In this document: one piece after another, positions 49,228 to 63,344 of the stretch
Layout: every line of letters starts with the position of its first letter
Numbering within the stretch: position 1 is the first letter of the stretch
From: Bispira polyomma
Lineage: Eukaryota
Assembly (NCBI GenBank): GCA_965649765.1
Contig: OZ287748.1
Coordinates: forward strand, 67,704,001 to 67,768,000
Length of the DNA: 64,000 nt
Direction: 5' to 3'
Notes under the pieces: model-generated
What the model saw: only the letters and a program-made list of their open reading frames with translations
The model's database searches: none
What the model was told of the DNA's origin: nothing
Position numbers and translations under genes: made by a program

Positions 49228-52200
49228 TAGCACTTTAAAGCCTAGATTAAGTTTTAATACCCTGTAAGGATGCCATAAAAGTTGGGGGTCAATAGACATA
49301 ATACCAAATAGGTTGCTGAGGTATTAGTTGTTTATGTAAAAAGTCAATAGGGTCAAGCTTTATTGTGTTTTAAAAGTTTTTCATAGTGACTTTGGGGCCA
49401 TTGCATGCACTAACTATATCATTATTATCAATCTGTCATTCTTTCTATGACAGATAGAGTAGACCCTTATGATAATAGCACCAACTACCCCCCCCCCCCC
49501 CCCTCCCCATTCACATGGTAATGTAAACTAAATATGGCCACTAACTTAGCTGCTGTGTCCTGTCTGGCTTTTGGTGTTGTGACAATATATATTCAAAAAA
49601 GAATTATCTGAAGGGCATGCTATTCTAGTCAGGTGTCTTTTCAGTAAATATAATTAATCCACATAGGCTATCTGGAGGGGTTTTATGGTGGTATTTTTCT
49701 GCCTAAATAAACATAAATAAACATAAACTCTGGTTACTCACTCATCTGTTTCTTTGTCCATACAAAAAAGGTGTTTCTTTGTATGAATAATACAGAAAAC
49801 AAATCCTGGCCCATTATAGACAATCAAGAGGTGGTCATTTTATTTTTCATAATAGACAACATAAAGTAAATAGTTGGTAAATTAGCCTTACAATTTCTAT
49901 TTGCAACTAGAGAAGTGTGTCGTTATCTCCATAAGATGTATTTTATTCACAAAGGCAATAGTAACTGCCCCTAATGACAGCCCTTCTATAAACAAAATAA
50001 GCACTTATTTCATGATTCTATCTATAACAATAAGGCTTCTAATTTCTACCCAATTTCAATGCCCTTAAATGATTTACTATAGTTATGGGCAGTATTGTGG
50101 TCAGGTGACAGTTAAATAGTTTACGGTAGAAGGCATCTTAATTTGAATTTCTTGCATTACTTGTCCACTCCCACATGCCAGTATTATAAGAGTGTATTAT
50201 TTCAGACCTGCATGTGTGTTTTTAACAGAACACAAAATTTGATTGAAAAAATACAGAGGTGCTCCCCTACTGTTCCAAATATGTTAAAGGTCTTCTTCAT
50301 AGTCTTTCCTGGGCTCAGGTTGGTTATATTATTGACATGTGTCTATTCATTACCTTAACAGAGCTTCTTGGTGAAGACCATGTGGGATTGCAAAAATACT
50401 AACTTTATGTACAGTCAACTGAGGTGGCATGGATATTAAGATTTCAAGGGGAGACTCTATTTATTTGATTAATCTACATGTTACAAGTTACTAATACATA
50501 CATAACTACATTTACATTCACAATATTACATCACATTGCTAAGTATCACAGGTGAATTACACATCAGAACTAATGAAATTAAGTTATACAGTTTAAAAAA
50601 AACAACTGAGAAACAGAGTTGACAGTAAAACTTACCTTTAAATTGTAAAGAGGTGAATAAGTTGCGTACTGACCAAAGAACATAATGATAACAACATAGC
50701 AGTAAAAGATATATCTGATACTTGATATCTCTGCATTACATATTTGTCAATTTCCAACTGGTTGTAAAATCAGTTGCTCATTGAAATCCTTAACAAGTAT
50801 TATACATTCACATATGTGATAGCCTTATAGCCAGGCTACTCTTTTATTTCTCTTTAATGGGTACACAGGGGGTGGTAGGAGAGTCAAGGTGAGATAAGTA
50901 CAGAGATGTGAGCTGTCTCTTTTATGTCCCATACACTTTATTAGCACCTACTCCCTCCTCTATATACAGCCTAGTCCTCAAACTCTTCAGGAGATATCTA
51001 AATTAAGACCCTATTTATGTTGTCTGTATAGCCACCAAAAAAAAATCACCCCCTTAACCTTTCTTTCCCGCCTGTCTTCCCCAACTATAACACCCTTCAG
51101 TCAATTTCCTATATTCCTTCTGTTGTATTCACCAGGCCTTTCAAAGACCTATCAAAATGCCATAATGTGTATTGAATTCAGAGCTTCCGTGAATTTTTCA
51201 AATGTCTGTTTGGAACCCAAAAAGGATTGAAGGGTGGGAATCATAAAATAGCACGTCATAAAAACTTCAGTTTAAAGATGGGGTTTTGGAATTATAGGTA
51301 GGGTTGTTTTTTTCTCTCTGAATGTCACGTGGGTCTGTTTAATGGTCTCATCTGGTCTTTGTTGTGCAATCTGAAAGCAATATTATCACCTTAATAGTGG
51401 CACCTTTCTGCAGATGAAATGTTTGTATAGCACTTGAGATGAATGTTGATAATAATCTCATGGCTTTATTTGAGGTGAATTATTTCCCCATAAATAAGGG
51501 ATCATAAACTGTATCTGACTGAGTTAGAAAGTGTACAGAATGTATGATATGAGAAAAGTAAAGGAAGGTGATACAAGTATTTTCGATACATTTTAGGTAT
51601 TTAAACATGAACCAGTTGGCCCCTTTTACCTACACATGTTTCTGTTGGTATAATTTAATGTTTTCACAATTAACATATTTCAAATTGATGCATTTTAGTT
51701 TATGTTTTAAGGTCTTGATATTGTTCCCTATATTTAAATATATTTTAAACGCTTCAATACTATCAACAATAATAATAATAATATTATTATATCATCGGCA
51801 TATATACATTTTTTTCTATTTTACTGTTTTTTTAGGAAATTCCAAGATACGAGGCTCGTGAATATGACAGGGACAGCGCATGCTCAGCCGAAACGGATAG
51901 TGGAAGAGGATCCAACGAAGATTTCAGTCATGAACGTATCAGACATCCCAGCTCACCACCCGCCTACAACTCCCATCTGCAGTTAGTAGACCCATCCCGG
52001 TTAGCCAGCAGGCAGCAACTTGCATCTAGTCAGCACAACAGTGCCTCATCAGACATATCACAGGGCACCAAGCATACAAATCCCTTGTATGGAGTAGTCC
52101 ACCACAAAAACCCAAAACACAGTGGTGGATCAATCATAAACACTCAGCATTTAAACAGTGGTACATTCCAAGGGGACAACAGCAGATATCATATAAAAAG

Positions 52201-52429
52201 TAGTCCCACCTTTTCACACCATAATCACAACAACAGCAGCAGTGATCTATTCAGAGACAATCGGCGGAGGGATTTGTTGTACAGAGATGTAAATAGTCCC
52301 CCATCCCCCGCTGCCTCCTCCACGGTAGGGGAGCAGCCCCGTAGCAAACGTGTATGTGATACGAACAATGAACAAGACTTTGTTCGACTGTCAGGGCCGA
52401 AGAGGGCTCTACACGAGGTACATGTCTAA
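45925..52429 (+). CDS. Protocadherin (7 extracellular cadherin repeats, delta1-like architecture), 1077 aa: join(45925-48564,51836-52429)
   Basis: Signal peptide, EC1 with C-x5-C (CPQSESC), six DxNDN-type linkers giving 7 EC repeats, DRE/DYE motifs, and a TM (LSIVIGIAC...IVVIVI) followed by KRKNR. Donor AAG|gtttgt at 48564 (phase 0) joins ttttag|GAA at 51836, which is open to TAA 52429 and contains the DSGRGS motif. Confidence 0.93.
49148..49223. repeat. (TA)n microsatellite
   Basis: Read directly from the sequence. Confidence 0.98.
51836..52429 (+). CDS. Protocadherin cytoplasmic exon (EIPRYEAREYDRDSACSAETDSGRGSNED...HEVHV*)
   Basis: Strong acceptor, GC-richer coding-like composition, in frame with track ORF 52085-52429, and the protocadherin-type DSG(R/K)G motif. 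Confidence 0.88.
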   Translation, partial: EIPRYEAREYDRDSACSAETDSGRGSNEDFSHERIRHPSSPPAYNSHLQLVDPSRLASRQQLASSQHNSASSDISQGTKHTNPLYGVVHHKNPKHSGGSIINTQHLNSGTFQGDNSRYHIKSSPTFSHHNHNNSSSDLFRDNRRRDLLYRDVNSPPSPAASSTVGEQPRSKRVCDTNNEQDFVRLSGPKRALHEVHV

Positions 52430-52682
52430 TGTAAAAATATGAAGGGGATTTTTCTATTCTTTTAAAGTTAGCTTTATAAGATGAACAGAGGTACATTAGG
52501 TACCCGGTACCTCAAAAATATGATTGCTAGTACCATGTATACTCGTGTTAATGTTGATTTATATCACACAGCTGATGTTTTGTTATATAAATGTGTATGT
52601 TTCTTACTAATGAAGTAACCAATATATACTGTTTGTTATTTATATAGCTGAAGCATTTGTTGTGTCATATTTTTAATGTACA

Positions 52683-52688
52683 AATAAA
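52683..52688 (+). other. Candidate polyadenylation signal of the protocadherin
   Basis: AATAAA about 255 nt after the stop, preceded by TGTA and followed by T/GT-rich sequence. Confidence 0.4.
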
Positions 52689-53089
52689 ATATTTGTCACA
52701 CGTTTTGAATTATAGAAGCATCTCTTCATGAAGGATTTAATACTAGTATGCTTTTAATTAAATAATAATGTTCTGTCATCTCTTTTAATGAACAAATACA
52801 TATAACATGAACATTTAAATTGTGGGAGCATCTCTTTATGAAATATTTTAATACTTTTTTTTCCTCAACTAATTTATAGTATGACAGAGTTCCAACTGAT
52901 TTACTGATGGCGAGAATAGATGTTCTTTTGTCTCATATCAATGGTTAATTACTTTGAACATTTTCATTCTTAAAGTTGTTTTGTTTTCATATTGAAATAA
53001 CTCGTATCTACGTATGTTGCAATACATTTTATAACAGACTGTAACTTCTAATTGGTCATCATGAACGAGATAAATGGAATTTATATAAC

Positions 53090-53134
<45 letters not shown>
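53090..53134. repeat. Interrupted (TA)n microsatellite
   Basis: Read directly from the sequence. Confidence 0.9.
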
Positions 53135-55836
53135 GACTTCTTCATGTGACCATTGACAAAGCTATACCTACTATAACTGCATTTAATGCATTTAACTTAA
53201 GATTACATAACTATATAATGATTTCCTTATATATATATATAGGTATGGCAAATGTGTATCTGTATTCATGTGTCAAAACTTGCTATTCTATGAGCTGATA
53301 GTGTGTTTTTATTTCGTCTCCTTTGTTATATATTTAATACACATGCATATCTTATTATTTTTCTATATATATATATATACAAAACTTGCAAAATAAAATT
53401 TTGCTCCAGTGATTATTTGCTTCTTATTTTTATTTGTGTCTCGTTATCTCACAACACTAACAAAAATCTGCACCTCTCCTTGGAAATGGAACAGGTTTAC
53501 CTTGAATAATTCATTTGCATGGGTGCAGTTTGCAGAAAACAGACATAGTAATGGGGATGCTTGCTTTTTCTGTTTTTCTTTTGTTGTCACGAAACAGTGG
53601 GCCCCTCAAAGGGGTTTGAAGTGGGGACAGTCTTTATATCTACTTTGCCCGACCCCCACGGGATTTTACCCTCTAAAAGGGGGATTTATTCTACCTATTA
53701 GCCCCCTGTGGATCCTATAATGACTAGCCACACTTACAACTGCCCCTTGATAATTTCAGTCTACCTTTACATTCTTACATCTGTTCCTCGTAAATCGTCT
53801 AGCCTTGTAGTGGGCGTACAATTTGTTGAAACTTGTGTCATATACTGTTTTGTAACAAGTTTCCAGTTGTTCACTGGACAGCTCGTAGGGCAAGTTGCAT
53901 TTTGGTAGCTTAATACATAACTCTATTACCTCTAATGCTGTGAGGGTAGGAAGATCTACTTTCAATATGGTCGGGACCTGTCAATTCATTACTGTATTCT
54001 AGAATTTAGTCTTCCTTGCAAAACATAACATATTCTTTGAGTGTGTAAGGATAATCAACTATATCTTTAGTAGAGCTACTCATAAATCCTTATATTTAAT
54101 CCTTTAAGATTAAATAATGAAAGAAAGACATAAGACTAAATAAGTAAAGTACATAACTTCCATATGTTGTATAAAATCGAACTGGATGTGTGTATTTCAG
54201 TTACAGACGTAGACGTCTTAAAGTTGATCATGTCATACGACACCAACAAGTAGCCATAAACAAATAACTCATTCGATCAATACATAACTTATCTAGTAAT
54301 TGTTACTGATACTAGGTAAATAGTAGTTAAAATACACATTAACTACTTGGTACTCGATTAGCTTTATCTGGATCTCCACTAAAAGTTCACTGTTTTCTCT
54401 GTGACCCATGCCCTAGACCTCTACAAAGTTGGTGGCGGTAAAATTGTTTATTTTTTTCACAAAGTTTTCGAAATTGGTTTCAGTATTATTGGTGTAACAA
54501 ACAAACAAACATACAGGGGCAAAGAATGATATGGGGGTAAATATATGTGTATGCATATATTTATAGCATAGTAATATATTTGTTCGGCCAGAAGCAAGGC
54601 TAATAGTAGTTAGTCCTTCAAAGCTTTTACACTTCTGACCGATTATCTTTCATAATTAAAACTAGTGTGTTTATTGTTGAGCACTGTATGTAGGTGGCTG
54701 ACACTGTGTATTCACGTGGGTAAATAAGGCTGGTCTTATAGTAACAAATAGGTGTCAAGGGTGACAGGAGTTTATTTATTAATTGTATTCATTGTTTTTT
54801 TGGGTAGGTATAAGTGGACTTGATCCTATATTCAACATATAGGTGTGAGATACTGGGATCCACTGGGAATTTAGGACAAATTGCTAAGTTTAGCCCATGC
54901 AAATTTTACAAATGGGATAAATGTACTAGTTTGTATGGGCACTATAACGGGTGTTTTGACCTTGCAATCTAATTAAGTAATTAATACATATTATAAGATC
55001 ATAGAACTAAACTGTTGGATAAGTATATTGGATTTACATAAGGATACAATAGTTTTTTGGTTTTTTTTAAAACCGATTGATTATAACAATTAAAATAATT
55101 CACAATTATTTGACATAAAACAAAGAATTGTGTTTTTTAAAATAGGAATGTTGTTCTTGTGTGACTGTCAAACATCATACTTGACAAGAACAGGCGCTTA
55201 TAAAGTGAGATTATTTGTGACATATATTTACATGATAAATTATTGACAGGTCAAATAAATACAACTAAACATGGGAAATATAACAGCAAAAATAATTTAG
55301 AAATGATGCAAAGGCAATAAGAATTATAAACTGCATCAACAAAGAGGAATCAATATTGACGTTCTTTTGTAAAGTTATTTAATGCATTGTATATAATAAA
55401 CTTTTCATAATGTTACAGAAAGTATAACTCCATTGGTACAATGTGAACTGTAAATTGATCAACTTCTCTTCAGATTCAACTTTCCATAACACATCCAATT
55501 GGCCTCAGTAACAGCTGCTATGGTTTCAACTATAGGTAGCCTGGTCTGAAGGCTGATGTAGGATACACTAAATAAACCGTTTATTTACATCCCAATGGAT
55601 CATGTATATATATTAGTTGTACTTTCATGGTGTACATATTCATACAGACATATTAGTCATGTATACTGGTATAGTCTAGATCACAATGGTAACAATGTTT
55701 ATTGCCTACTTCTAAGAAGTATACACTCTTGATATTAGATGTAAATTATATTTTGGGAATGTTCTAAATATGTAAATAATTGCTCCTACTGGAATTCATA
55801 ATAAAATAAGAATAAGAATTACAAAACAAGAACTGC

Positions 55837-56401
55837 AGAATACGGATTGTAAAGACACACAAAAACTTTCGAACCCAGGTTTAGTATAAACCACAATATT
55901 TATAATTTGAGGGGAAGAAAGGCTAACCTGTCTCACTAAAAGCATCAGGTAGGCAGTTCTCCCCTTATGTTTACCAAATAGAGACTTCATTTTACACAAT
56001 AAGGACAAAAGAATTGATTTACATTCTCATTGGTCTATATTCTTTGAATCTTATTAACATTTTCACATGGCCAAGATTTTTAAATCAATTAAAATATGTT
56101 AGAATACGGATTGTAAAGACACACAAAAACTTTCGAACCCAGGTTTAGTATAAACCACAACATTTATAATTTGAGGGGAAGAAAGGCTAACCTGTCCCAC
56201 TAAACGCATCAGGTAGGCTCACATAAAACCTATCATAAAATTGATTTATTACCCCAGTTCTCCCCTTATGTTTACCAAATAGAGACTTCATTTTACACAA
56301 TAAGGACAAAAGAATTGATCTACATTCTCATTGGTCTATATTCTTTGAATCTTATTAACATTTTCACATGGCCAAGATTTTTAAATCAATTAAAATATGT
56401 T
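55837..56401 (+). repeat. Near-identical tandem duplication (264 + 301 bp)
   Basis: Units start agaatacggattg at 55837 and 56101, and differ by about 4 substitutions and one 37-bp indel. Confidence 0.95.
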
Positions 56402-56774
56402 AATTTATATCGTTTATTTGAAGTTTAAAATCGATTTTAAAAACTGTGTATTTCATTGTCACAGTTTATTGGCGGATGAAAGCAGTACAGGGTACTTGGC
56501 CAAGGTTTTTCTTCACTGTAAGCAATCGCCCTTCAGCAAGTCTACTGCTAAATATGCCACATACTTGCCAAGTTATTTGAGTGTATGCATACAAGACAGA
56601 GTATAAATAAACCATAAGCAGTGAATCTTTGAAAGAAAGTCTGTAGAGATTAAATATACGTGGGCTCTTACAAGTTTGGCAGTTTGTGATGAGTATTCCA
56701 CCTTTAGATTTGATGCCAAGCTGTGAATGATATCTTAGTCTACAAAATATAACTGTAATTAGAAATTCACCGAA

Positions 56775-57000
56775 TCGTATTGCATTATACATTTTAATTT
56801 TTAACATTTTTATTTTTTCCAAAGCTAAATAAAATAATCAATGTCAACCAATCATGTGTCCTACAACATAGCCTGGGTGGTCAGCAGTGGACAATGGCGT
56901 GTTCACATCTTGTCCCAAGGATATTATCCCAACAATGAACTTAGCGAAAAAAACAGGAGTCAAACTGTGACCTTCCGATCACCCAACCAACTCCACCCGC
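56775..57000 (-). mobile_element. SINE family B
   Basis: The reverse strand reads ggtgatcggaaggtc...ccttgggacaagatgtgaac...ggctatgttgtag, matching the 16279 copy. Confidence 0.65.
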
Positions 57001-58414
57001 CCCCACATTTGGAGTTGAACTGGGGACTTTATAATAACCAGACCAACTTCCTAAGCACTTGGCTACAGGAGACCAAATGCTTGAGGATGACCATTTATCA
57101 ACATCATCAAGGTCCCTTTAATCCTCACAAAGGAGATTTTAACCCAGTAACAGAGAACTGCCAGTCACTGTACATCATTTACCTGTACCTTAGCATCTCA
57201 GACAAGGTGTCCGCTCAGTTCCCACTTGACAATGGTGACAGGTAAAGGGGTTCCACTTTACAAGATATCGAGTGTTCAAAACTGGTAATATTTATCATTT
57301 CTACTGGACATTTATGCTTGAAAAAACCAAACAGAAAAACTCATTCTGTGTATTGGTTTTTAGCATTTTATGCATTGGTTTTAGAAAGTAGTTCTGCCAG
57401 CTAACACATACAGCATTAGGGCTCAGTCTTATCCTTTTTATCCTTTAAGGTTTAGCGCTATGTGTTCATACGCCAAAATCCAACATGGCCACTCCCTGTC
57501 CAGTAAATTCTAGAATCCTTGGAACCATTCCTACAAAAACAATAAGAAGAAATGCAACTGCATGTACCACATATTAAACAGTTATGTTTAATTAAGGTCA
57601 CCAAAGCAATTGACAGAGTTATCTGATCTATGACATCTGCCTATGAAAGGAGTAAGATGGCCTTAAATTAAAACCTATAAATCCCATTAAGCATCTGCCC
57701 TCAGTGGTTTTGCTCCTCCATTAGCCTTGCCTTAGGCTTATGTTTGTCAGGTTTAAAAAAAACTTTAGTTTTTACGTTGTTTTCAACAGCTTCGATCTAT
57801 TCACTGATGGTCAGATTTGATGGAAGAAACCATTGCTGAATCAATGTAAACCACCAAATTACAGCCAGTAGCTGACAAACAATACCACATGAAGGAACAA
57901 AGGGTTTGAACCCACATTAGTGAGAAGTCAGTCATTGCGGAGAACAGTGCTTCTGACCACTAGCCCCCTGCAGCCCTTTGAGTTTGTGTGAAAATGTCAA
58001 TAATTTGTTTTAGTTGAGGTTTTAATATGTCTCTTTTAATATGTCACTTTTAATATGTCTTGTGTCGTATAATGATGGGACGTTTACTGGTGGAGGAAAT
58101 TAGAGCAGGGTAGTTAGTCAATGTTTTCTTCTCTGCAAACCACTGGTCTTCAGCAAGTGTACTGACAATTTACCACATACATATTACGGCTGACATTCGA
58201 GCCCATGATGGCAATGACGTGGAAGATGATTAACTTAGCTATACATAACTGACATCTCTTTAAATTAATTTTGAACTTTTTTTTCAAATGTACACAATTA
58301 ATTTAACCTGATGACTAATATATCAGTTTTTGCGTTTTTCCTGTTTATTATGTTATATTAAAGATATACATATTTTGAATCAGCCCTAAAGCAAATCGAC
58401 CTTCATGACAAATA

Positions 58415-58800
58415 TTGTATTGTCAATTTTTAATACACAGTCTTGATGCTGGGCATCTTTTAAAGTGTCATAATAGATAAGCCAAGAAAAAGTTCTAATT
58501 GCAAGCCAGATCGCAGATGGATGTTGCATCTGACCATGAAACAACCTAAAATGTGAGTTAAGCTAGTTCGAAGAAAGGGTATTTAAAAAAATTTGCGAGG
58601 CCCTAAACGTGAAAGTATTTCTTGTGATCTATGCTCCAGTGGGAATTTATTAAACTGCACGAGAGTGGCTGCTGAGAAAGCCCTAGGTCCAGCCTTTCCG
58701 GTGGATCTGGTAACAGAGACAATAGGGTCATTATCTCTGTTGAGGTTTCTGAAATATAAAATAACAGATGTAGATATGAACAATGGTAAAGAACCACAGT
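58415..58800 (-). mobile_element. L2 LINE 3' end
   Basis: AGPRAFSAATLVQFNKFP (GxRAFSxxAPxxWNxLP-like); tail aagatgcccagcatcaag at about 58440-58465. Confidence 0.65.
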
Positions 58801-59882
58801 CTTGAAAAGGGTCATATTGGTTTTGAAAAACAAAGTTATATTAATCAGCTTTTACCAATGCTGGTTCTTCAAATGGAAACAATATCTCAGAAGACATCAA
58901 ACAATTTTTAAAACAAAATTACAAATATGAGCCTTTACCAAGGCTGGTTCTACAATTTTAGAAATTATATCTCAAGAATCACTTAGGTCACATCTCTTCA
59001 ACATGCCCACCCCATTTCCACCCCATAACCACCTCTACAACCACCCAACCCGTCATTCTTTTAATACTACCTTTAATTTCCCCTCTCCCCCACTTGACCC
59101 TAATGAGAGGGGGTGGGTGGGAGAGTAGTAGGAAGTGACGTAATCTGGGCTCTCCTGGATTCAACACGTGTTCTGTCTTGTGATGACCAAATTGGCCAGG
59201 TTTGAAATGGACTCTCTCTGCAGGAGGGGGAAAGTTCAGCGAGTAGATGACATTTGGTGTAGATAGATGGATACATTTTTTTATTATACTGATGTTGTGT
59301 GATGCATCCATTTTGTTGTTTTAGATGTTCCATTATTTTTCAGTTTCAAGGGTTATAAGGATTGTAAACGAGATAACCATTCAATATGTGATACATTTAA
59401 ACCTACATTATTTGCAAAAATGATAAAATTCACAATTTATTGAAATTTGGAGAAAAAATTTACCATTGATTAATATGAATTTTTTTCCTTTATGAAAAGC
59501 TTGATTGGTTAAACCTGAATGTCTATTGAAAGTTTGAAATTTGCAATATTCGAAATACTAAAATCGAAATTTTACATTGGAAGTATGTGTATCTATTGTA
59601 TTCTATGACACAGTCACACCTCTATAATAAAAGTGAAAAAACTCCTTATTCTTATACATTTTTATTACAACTAGCTACAGGCTGTAAATGAATACATACA
59701 CAATAAGATCTGAGGGCTCTAATACAGCTGTACTATCTAGCATAGAGCGTTATTTACAATGAATGCATAACAATATAACAAGATCACAGAGTTATCCCTT
59801 GTTTTGATAACTTTTATAACTTGCTTTGATAAGACCTTTTCCTCATTTTCCACCCTTTGGGCTGTTCTTAGGTATAGAGATA

Positions 59883-60111
59883 CACTGTAACAGTGAAAAA
59901 TTTTGCTTGAAAAAAAAATAACAACACTAATTTACAATAGTTTTGAAAAAGTTTTCACTGGAATAAATGTTAACTATTGTATATTGTTTTAGCCTTAATA
60001 ATCAACACAAGTTCAAATTTAAGAGAAAACTAATATTCACTATCTCAAATCGTCAGCTAATATTGCTGGAAAATTAATTATTTTCTAGTTGAAAATTCCC
60101 TGTAATACAGT
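59883..60111. mobile_element. AT-rich MITE (cactgta...tacagtg termini)
   Basis: Imperfect TIR. Similar decayed copies lie at about 15943-16152, 38340-38520 and 43355-43530. Confidence 0.45.
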
Positions 60112-61676
60112 GTTTTATTTCATATATATATAGACAGCTTCTTCTTGTAAATGTCTCATTATATATTCTATTTTCTCTTCTTTTCTTTGTACCTGTAGCT
60201 CTAATAAGAACAGACATCACTAGTATTACACCACATATAACAGGGCTGTGTGTACGGAGGCTAGGATTAAACTAAACAAGCAAATTGACTTATGGCCAGA
60301 AAGTCAATGCACTGTTTACAAATATCAATTCAGTTCAATGAATAGAAGATTCTTATCCAGTGCACCCACTAAAGTGCTTTTCATGTAAGTCATCAATTTA
60401 TTGTTAACTTTCATACTTTTTAAACCACTTGTATTTTATCCGATAATATATACAGACAGCTCTGTGTCAATGCTTGATTATCAAATAATTTTATCTATTA
60501 AAAATCTTTTTTTTTGTTTCCATTACTTAATCATTTTTGGCTAAATATCAAATTTTTCTTAGGTTTCTGTAATATATGTTTATATCTCTATATTAAGTTT
60601 ACCTCAAGCCTGATTCTTAAGTCAGACACAAGAGAAATGTAGGCTATATACATTTGACAGGCGTTGTTTGGCACATGGTCCATATACTCCTCCAAAGAAA
60701 CTCTAGCTTAAACCCCCAAACTGAACTTAAGTGAGGGCTCTGTGTCTGTAACCCCTGTATCTGGATACATAACCTATAACTTGTGACCAGTCGTTTTAAT
60801 AGCGCTTTCCATACTGAATTCAAAGATGTAGTAAGATTTCAGTTACCTTTTATAACCCAAGACCCAAAATAATTAAGACTTTAGAAACATATATGAGCTT
60901 TGAGTCAGTGTGAGTTAAGTTTGATATTGAAGACACAGGGAAGGGGGACATTTTCTCCTATATTTTTTCTTCTCCTTACTAATGTGTCTCTATACAAACA
61001 CGTGTTCTGATGACACACACACAAATTGTGTCTCCAGGCAATGTTTCTTAAGGGGTTTCTCCTGTCCTCTGTTAGCAGTTTACTTGACAATCCTCTTTTT
61101 ATACTCTGTGTGTACACCTAACACCATCACATTGGTCCTGTTCACACTTCTCTTTCCAATTCACCTGGGGTCTGCTTGGGTTATATATATATAAATATAA
61201 ATATCTCTGAAGTTGAAAAAAAATGTTTCTTTAAGATTCAACCTTAAACTTAACCTTGGAACCACCTTGGTATATAAAAATTTTACAATAAATTGATAAT
61301 TTTAAATTGTTCTTACTTGGATTTGTTAATATGTTACCACTCAATATGTCCACTATGAGTGTTACCTCTCCATATTGGTTACACAGCATGATTTTTATTC
61401 CTCACTTTTATTAAGTTTGTAAAAAATATGAAAAAAACCTGTAAAATCAGACAAACCAAGGACATCAAATAAGTGTGTGGCTTAAAATTACATTTCTGAC
61501 TTACTAATTTTAAATTCCACAAATTATACAAGTATAAGACATTTTTTAAACTTTCCTGACAATGAAATGCTGACGAGGAACCCATTTTGGTATACCATAG
61601 TTATTATTAATCTTCACTGTTTCTAAACAGTATGTAAACATTATCTTAAAGGCCAAACCTTCTTTACCTTTTTTTA

Positions 61677-61757
61677 AAAAAGAGGTTGGAATAACTATAT
61701 TAATATAATTATATGCGAAAAAGAGGTTGGGATAACTATAATAATCTAATTATATGC
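61677..61757 (+). repeat. Short tandem duplication (about 41 bp)
   Basis: aaaagaggttgg.ataactata.taat.taattatatgc occurs twice. Confidence 0.85.
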
Positions 61758-63213
61758 TTTCTATTTCTGACTTTGGGTATAGTTAATTACTATTTCAGAA
61801 TTACATGGTCGTGACTCAGTCAAATATATATACATATGCGGGTGTCCACATATGCGCTATCTATAAGTAAGCTATTAAATGATTTCACTTTAAGAATACC
61901 CTATTCTATAGTCTGCTTGGCAGTGATTCCACTTTTGTTTACTCTAATATATGGTAATATGTGAAACCCAAGACTGTCAAAACCCACCAAATTAATCGCC
62001 TATACTGAGTAACCATCTGAGTAAATTTGCCCAAAGGATTCTCGATCCTGTACTTAACAGAAAGTGGACACTTCCCAAAGGAGCTTATGTCTAAATATTA
62101 TCTTAAGAAATTTAATGCCTCTAGATAGTAATCAATAAGATACCATTAGGTCTCTAATTAACGCAAGGGGTGTGTAATATACCCCAGGACACTATTGCAT
62201 AAGATTGAAGCCCTTATTGAAACAAAAATAGTAGTAACTATAAAAGCCACACATGAATTTATGATATGTTTAAATCCCTTAATTGAACAAAATGTGTGAA
62301 TTATAAAAGCTAGATATAAATTTATAAAAAAATTTCAAAGGATATCTTGATTAATATTTCCACATATTTTCCCTTAAGTTACCCACTGGTAAAAAGCATC
62401 TACTTTAATATCAGTAGCCTATCACCCCTGAGCAAAGGGGGTTTAATTTCTAGTGCTTTCTTCATGTAAGAAAGTTTCCCATGTATTTTCCACTGGTCGA
62501 TGATACCCAGTACAAATTGTACTGGCGCCATATACACAAAATCTTTCCAATTTTTGTTTTTGGAATTTTCTTGTTCTTGGCCATTCAGATTCTTTCAAAC
62601 AACGTTTCCAGCAAATCAAATTTATTGAGACAAAAAGTTTAAGAACATAAGATTGTTTTAGTGAATATACCATCACTGGTTTCCTCTACCGTTAAACCTG
62701 GTCGTCACACTGTGACCAAAGGTGTTGCAGGTGGTAGTAAAACTTACACCCATTTCTACATAAGCATTTATACTGTGTGGGGCTGTAAATTACAGCATAT
62801 ATGGTACCCCTGAATAAAAAGTGTTTAGAGTTCATATAAATAAGACTCCCTGAGGTGTTTCAACAAGAGGGGAAGGGGGGTTATCTTCTGTGTTTTTGTC
62901 TGTCATTTGTCTCCACTCTTTTTGAAATCAAACACATGATTTGGATTGCATAATTTGCTGTAATAAACTCCCCAGTAACACCAACACAAGGTGCTGACAT
63001 TACATCTGTCCTTTGTTCGTGATTTTCACTACTGATCATCAGTGTATAACTGTACACAATACAAAAATATTGTTGAACCTAAACTGGTCCAATAAAGGCT
63101 CTTAATTAACTGTGACATTAAGTTTGACTTTCTGGTTGCTGTTGTAGCAAATAAGCTGGTGTAAAACTTTTTGCATTTCTATGACTCCAAATATAAGAAT
63201 GTTTCTTTCTTTA

Positions 63214-63214
<1 letters not shown>

Positions 63215-63266
<52 letters not shown>
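63215..63266. repeat. (TA)n microsatellite
   Basis: Read directly from the sequence. Confidence 0.98.
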
Positions 63267-63270
<4 letters not shown>

Positions 63271-63344
63271 AACATTCTTCTGATCGGTTTTACTGTTGTT
63301 GAAATTTATTTGTTGTTTTTTTAAATGTTTTTTTTTTTTTTTAA

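Noticed and set aside
49023-49299. ORFs with YIYIYI runs
   Set aside because: Translation of the (TA)n microsatellite.
56841-57245. 134-aa ORF and a small hairpin at about 57050-57086
   Set aside because: Runs antisense through a SINE B copy and degenerate repeat-like DNA; no domain, and the hairpin is too short for a pre-miRNA call.
60165-60240. Strong splice acceptor as a possible third protocadherin exon
   Set aside because: Phase-0 reading hits a stop at once (CTC TAA) and there are no conserved motifs.
62443-62676. Possible retroelement RT remnant (LGIID-like peptide on the minus strand)
   Set aside because: Too degenerate to support without an HMM search.
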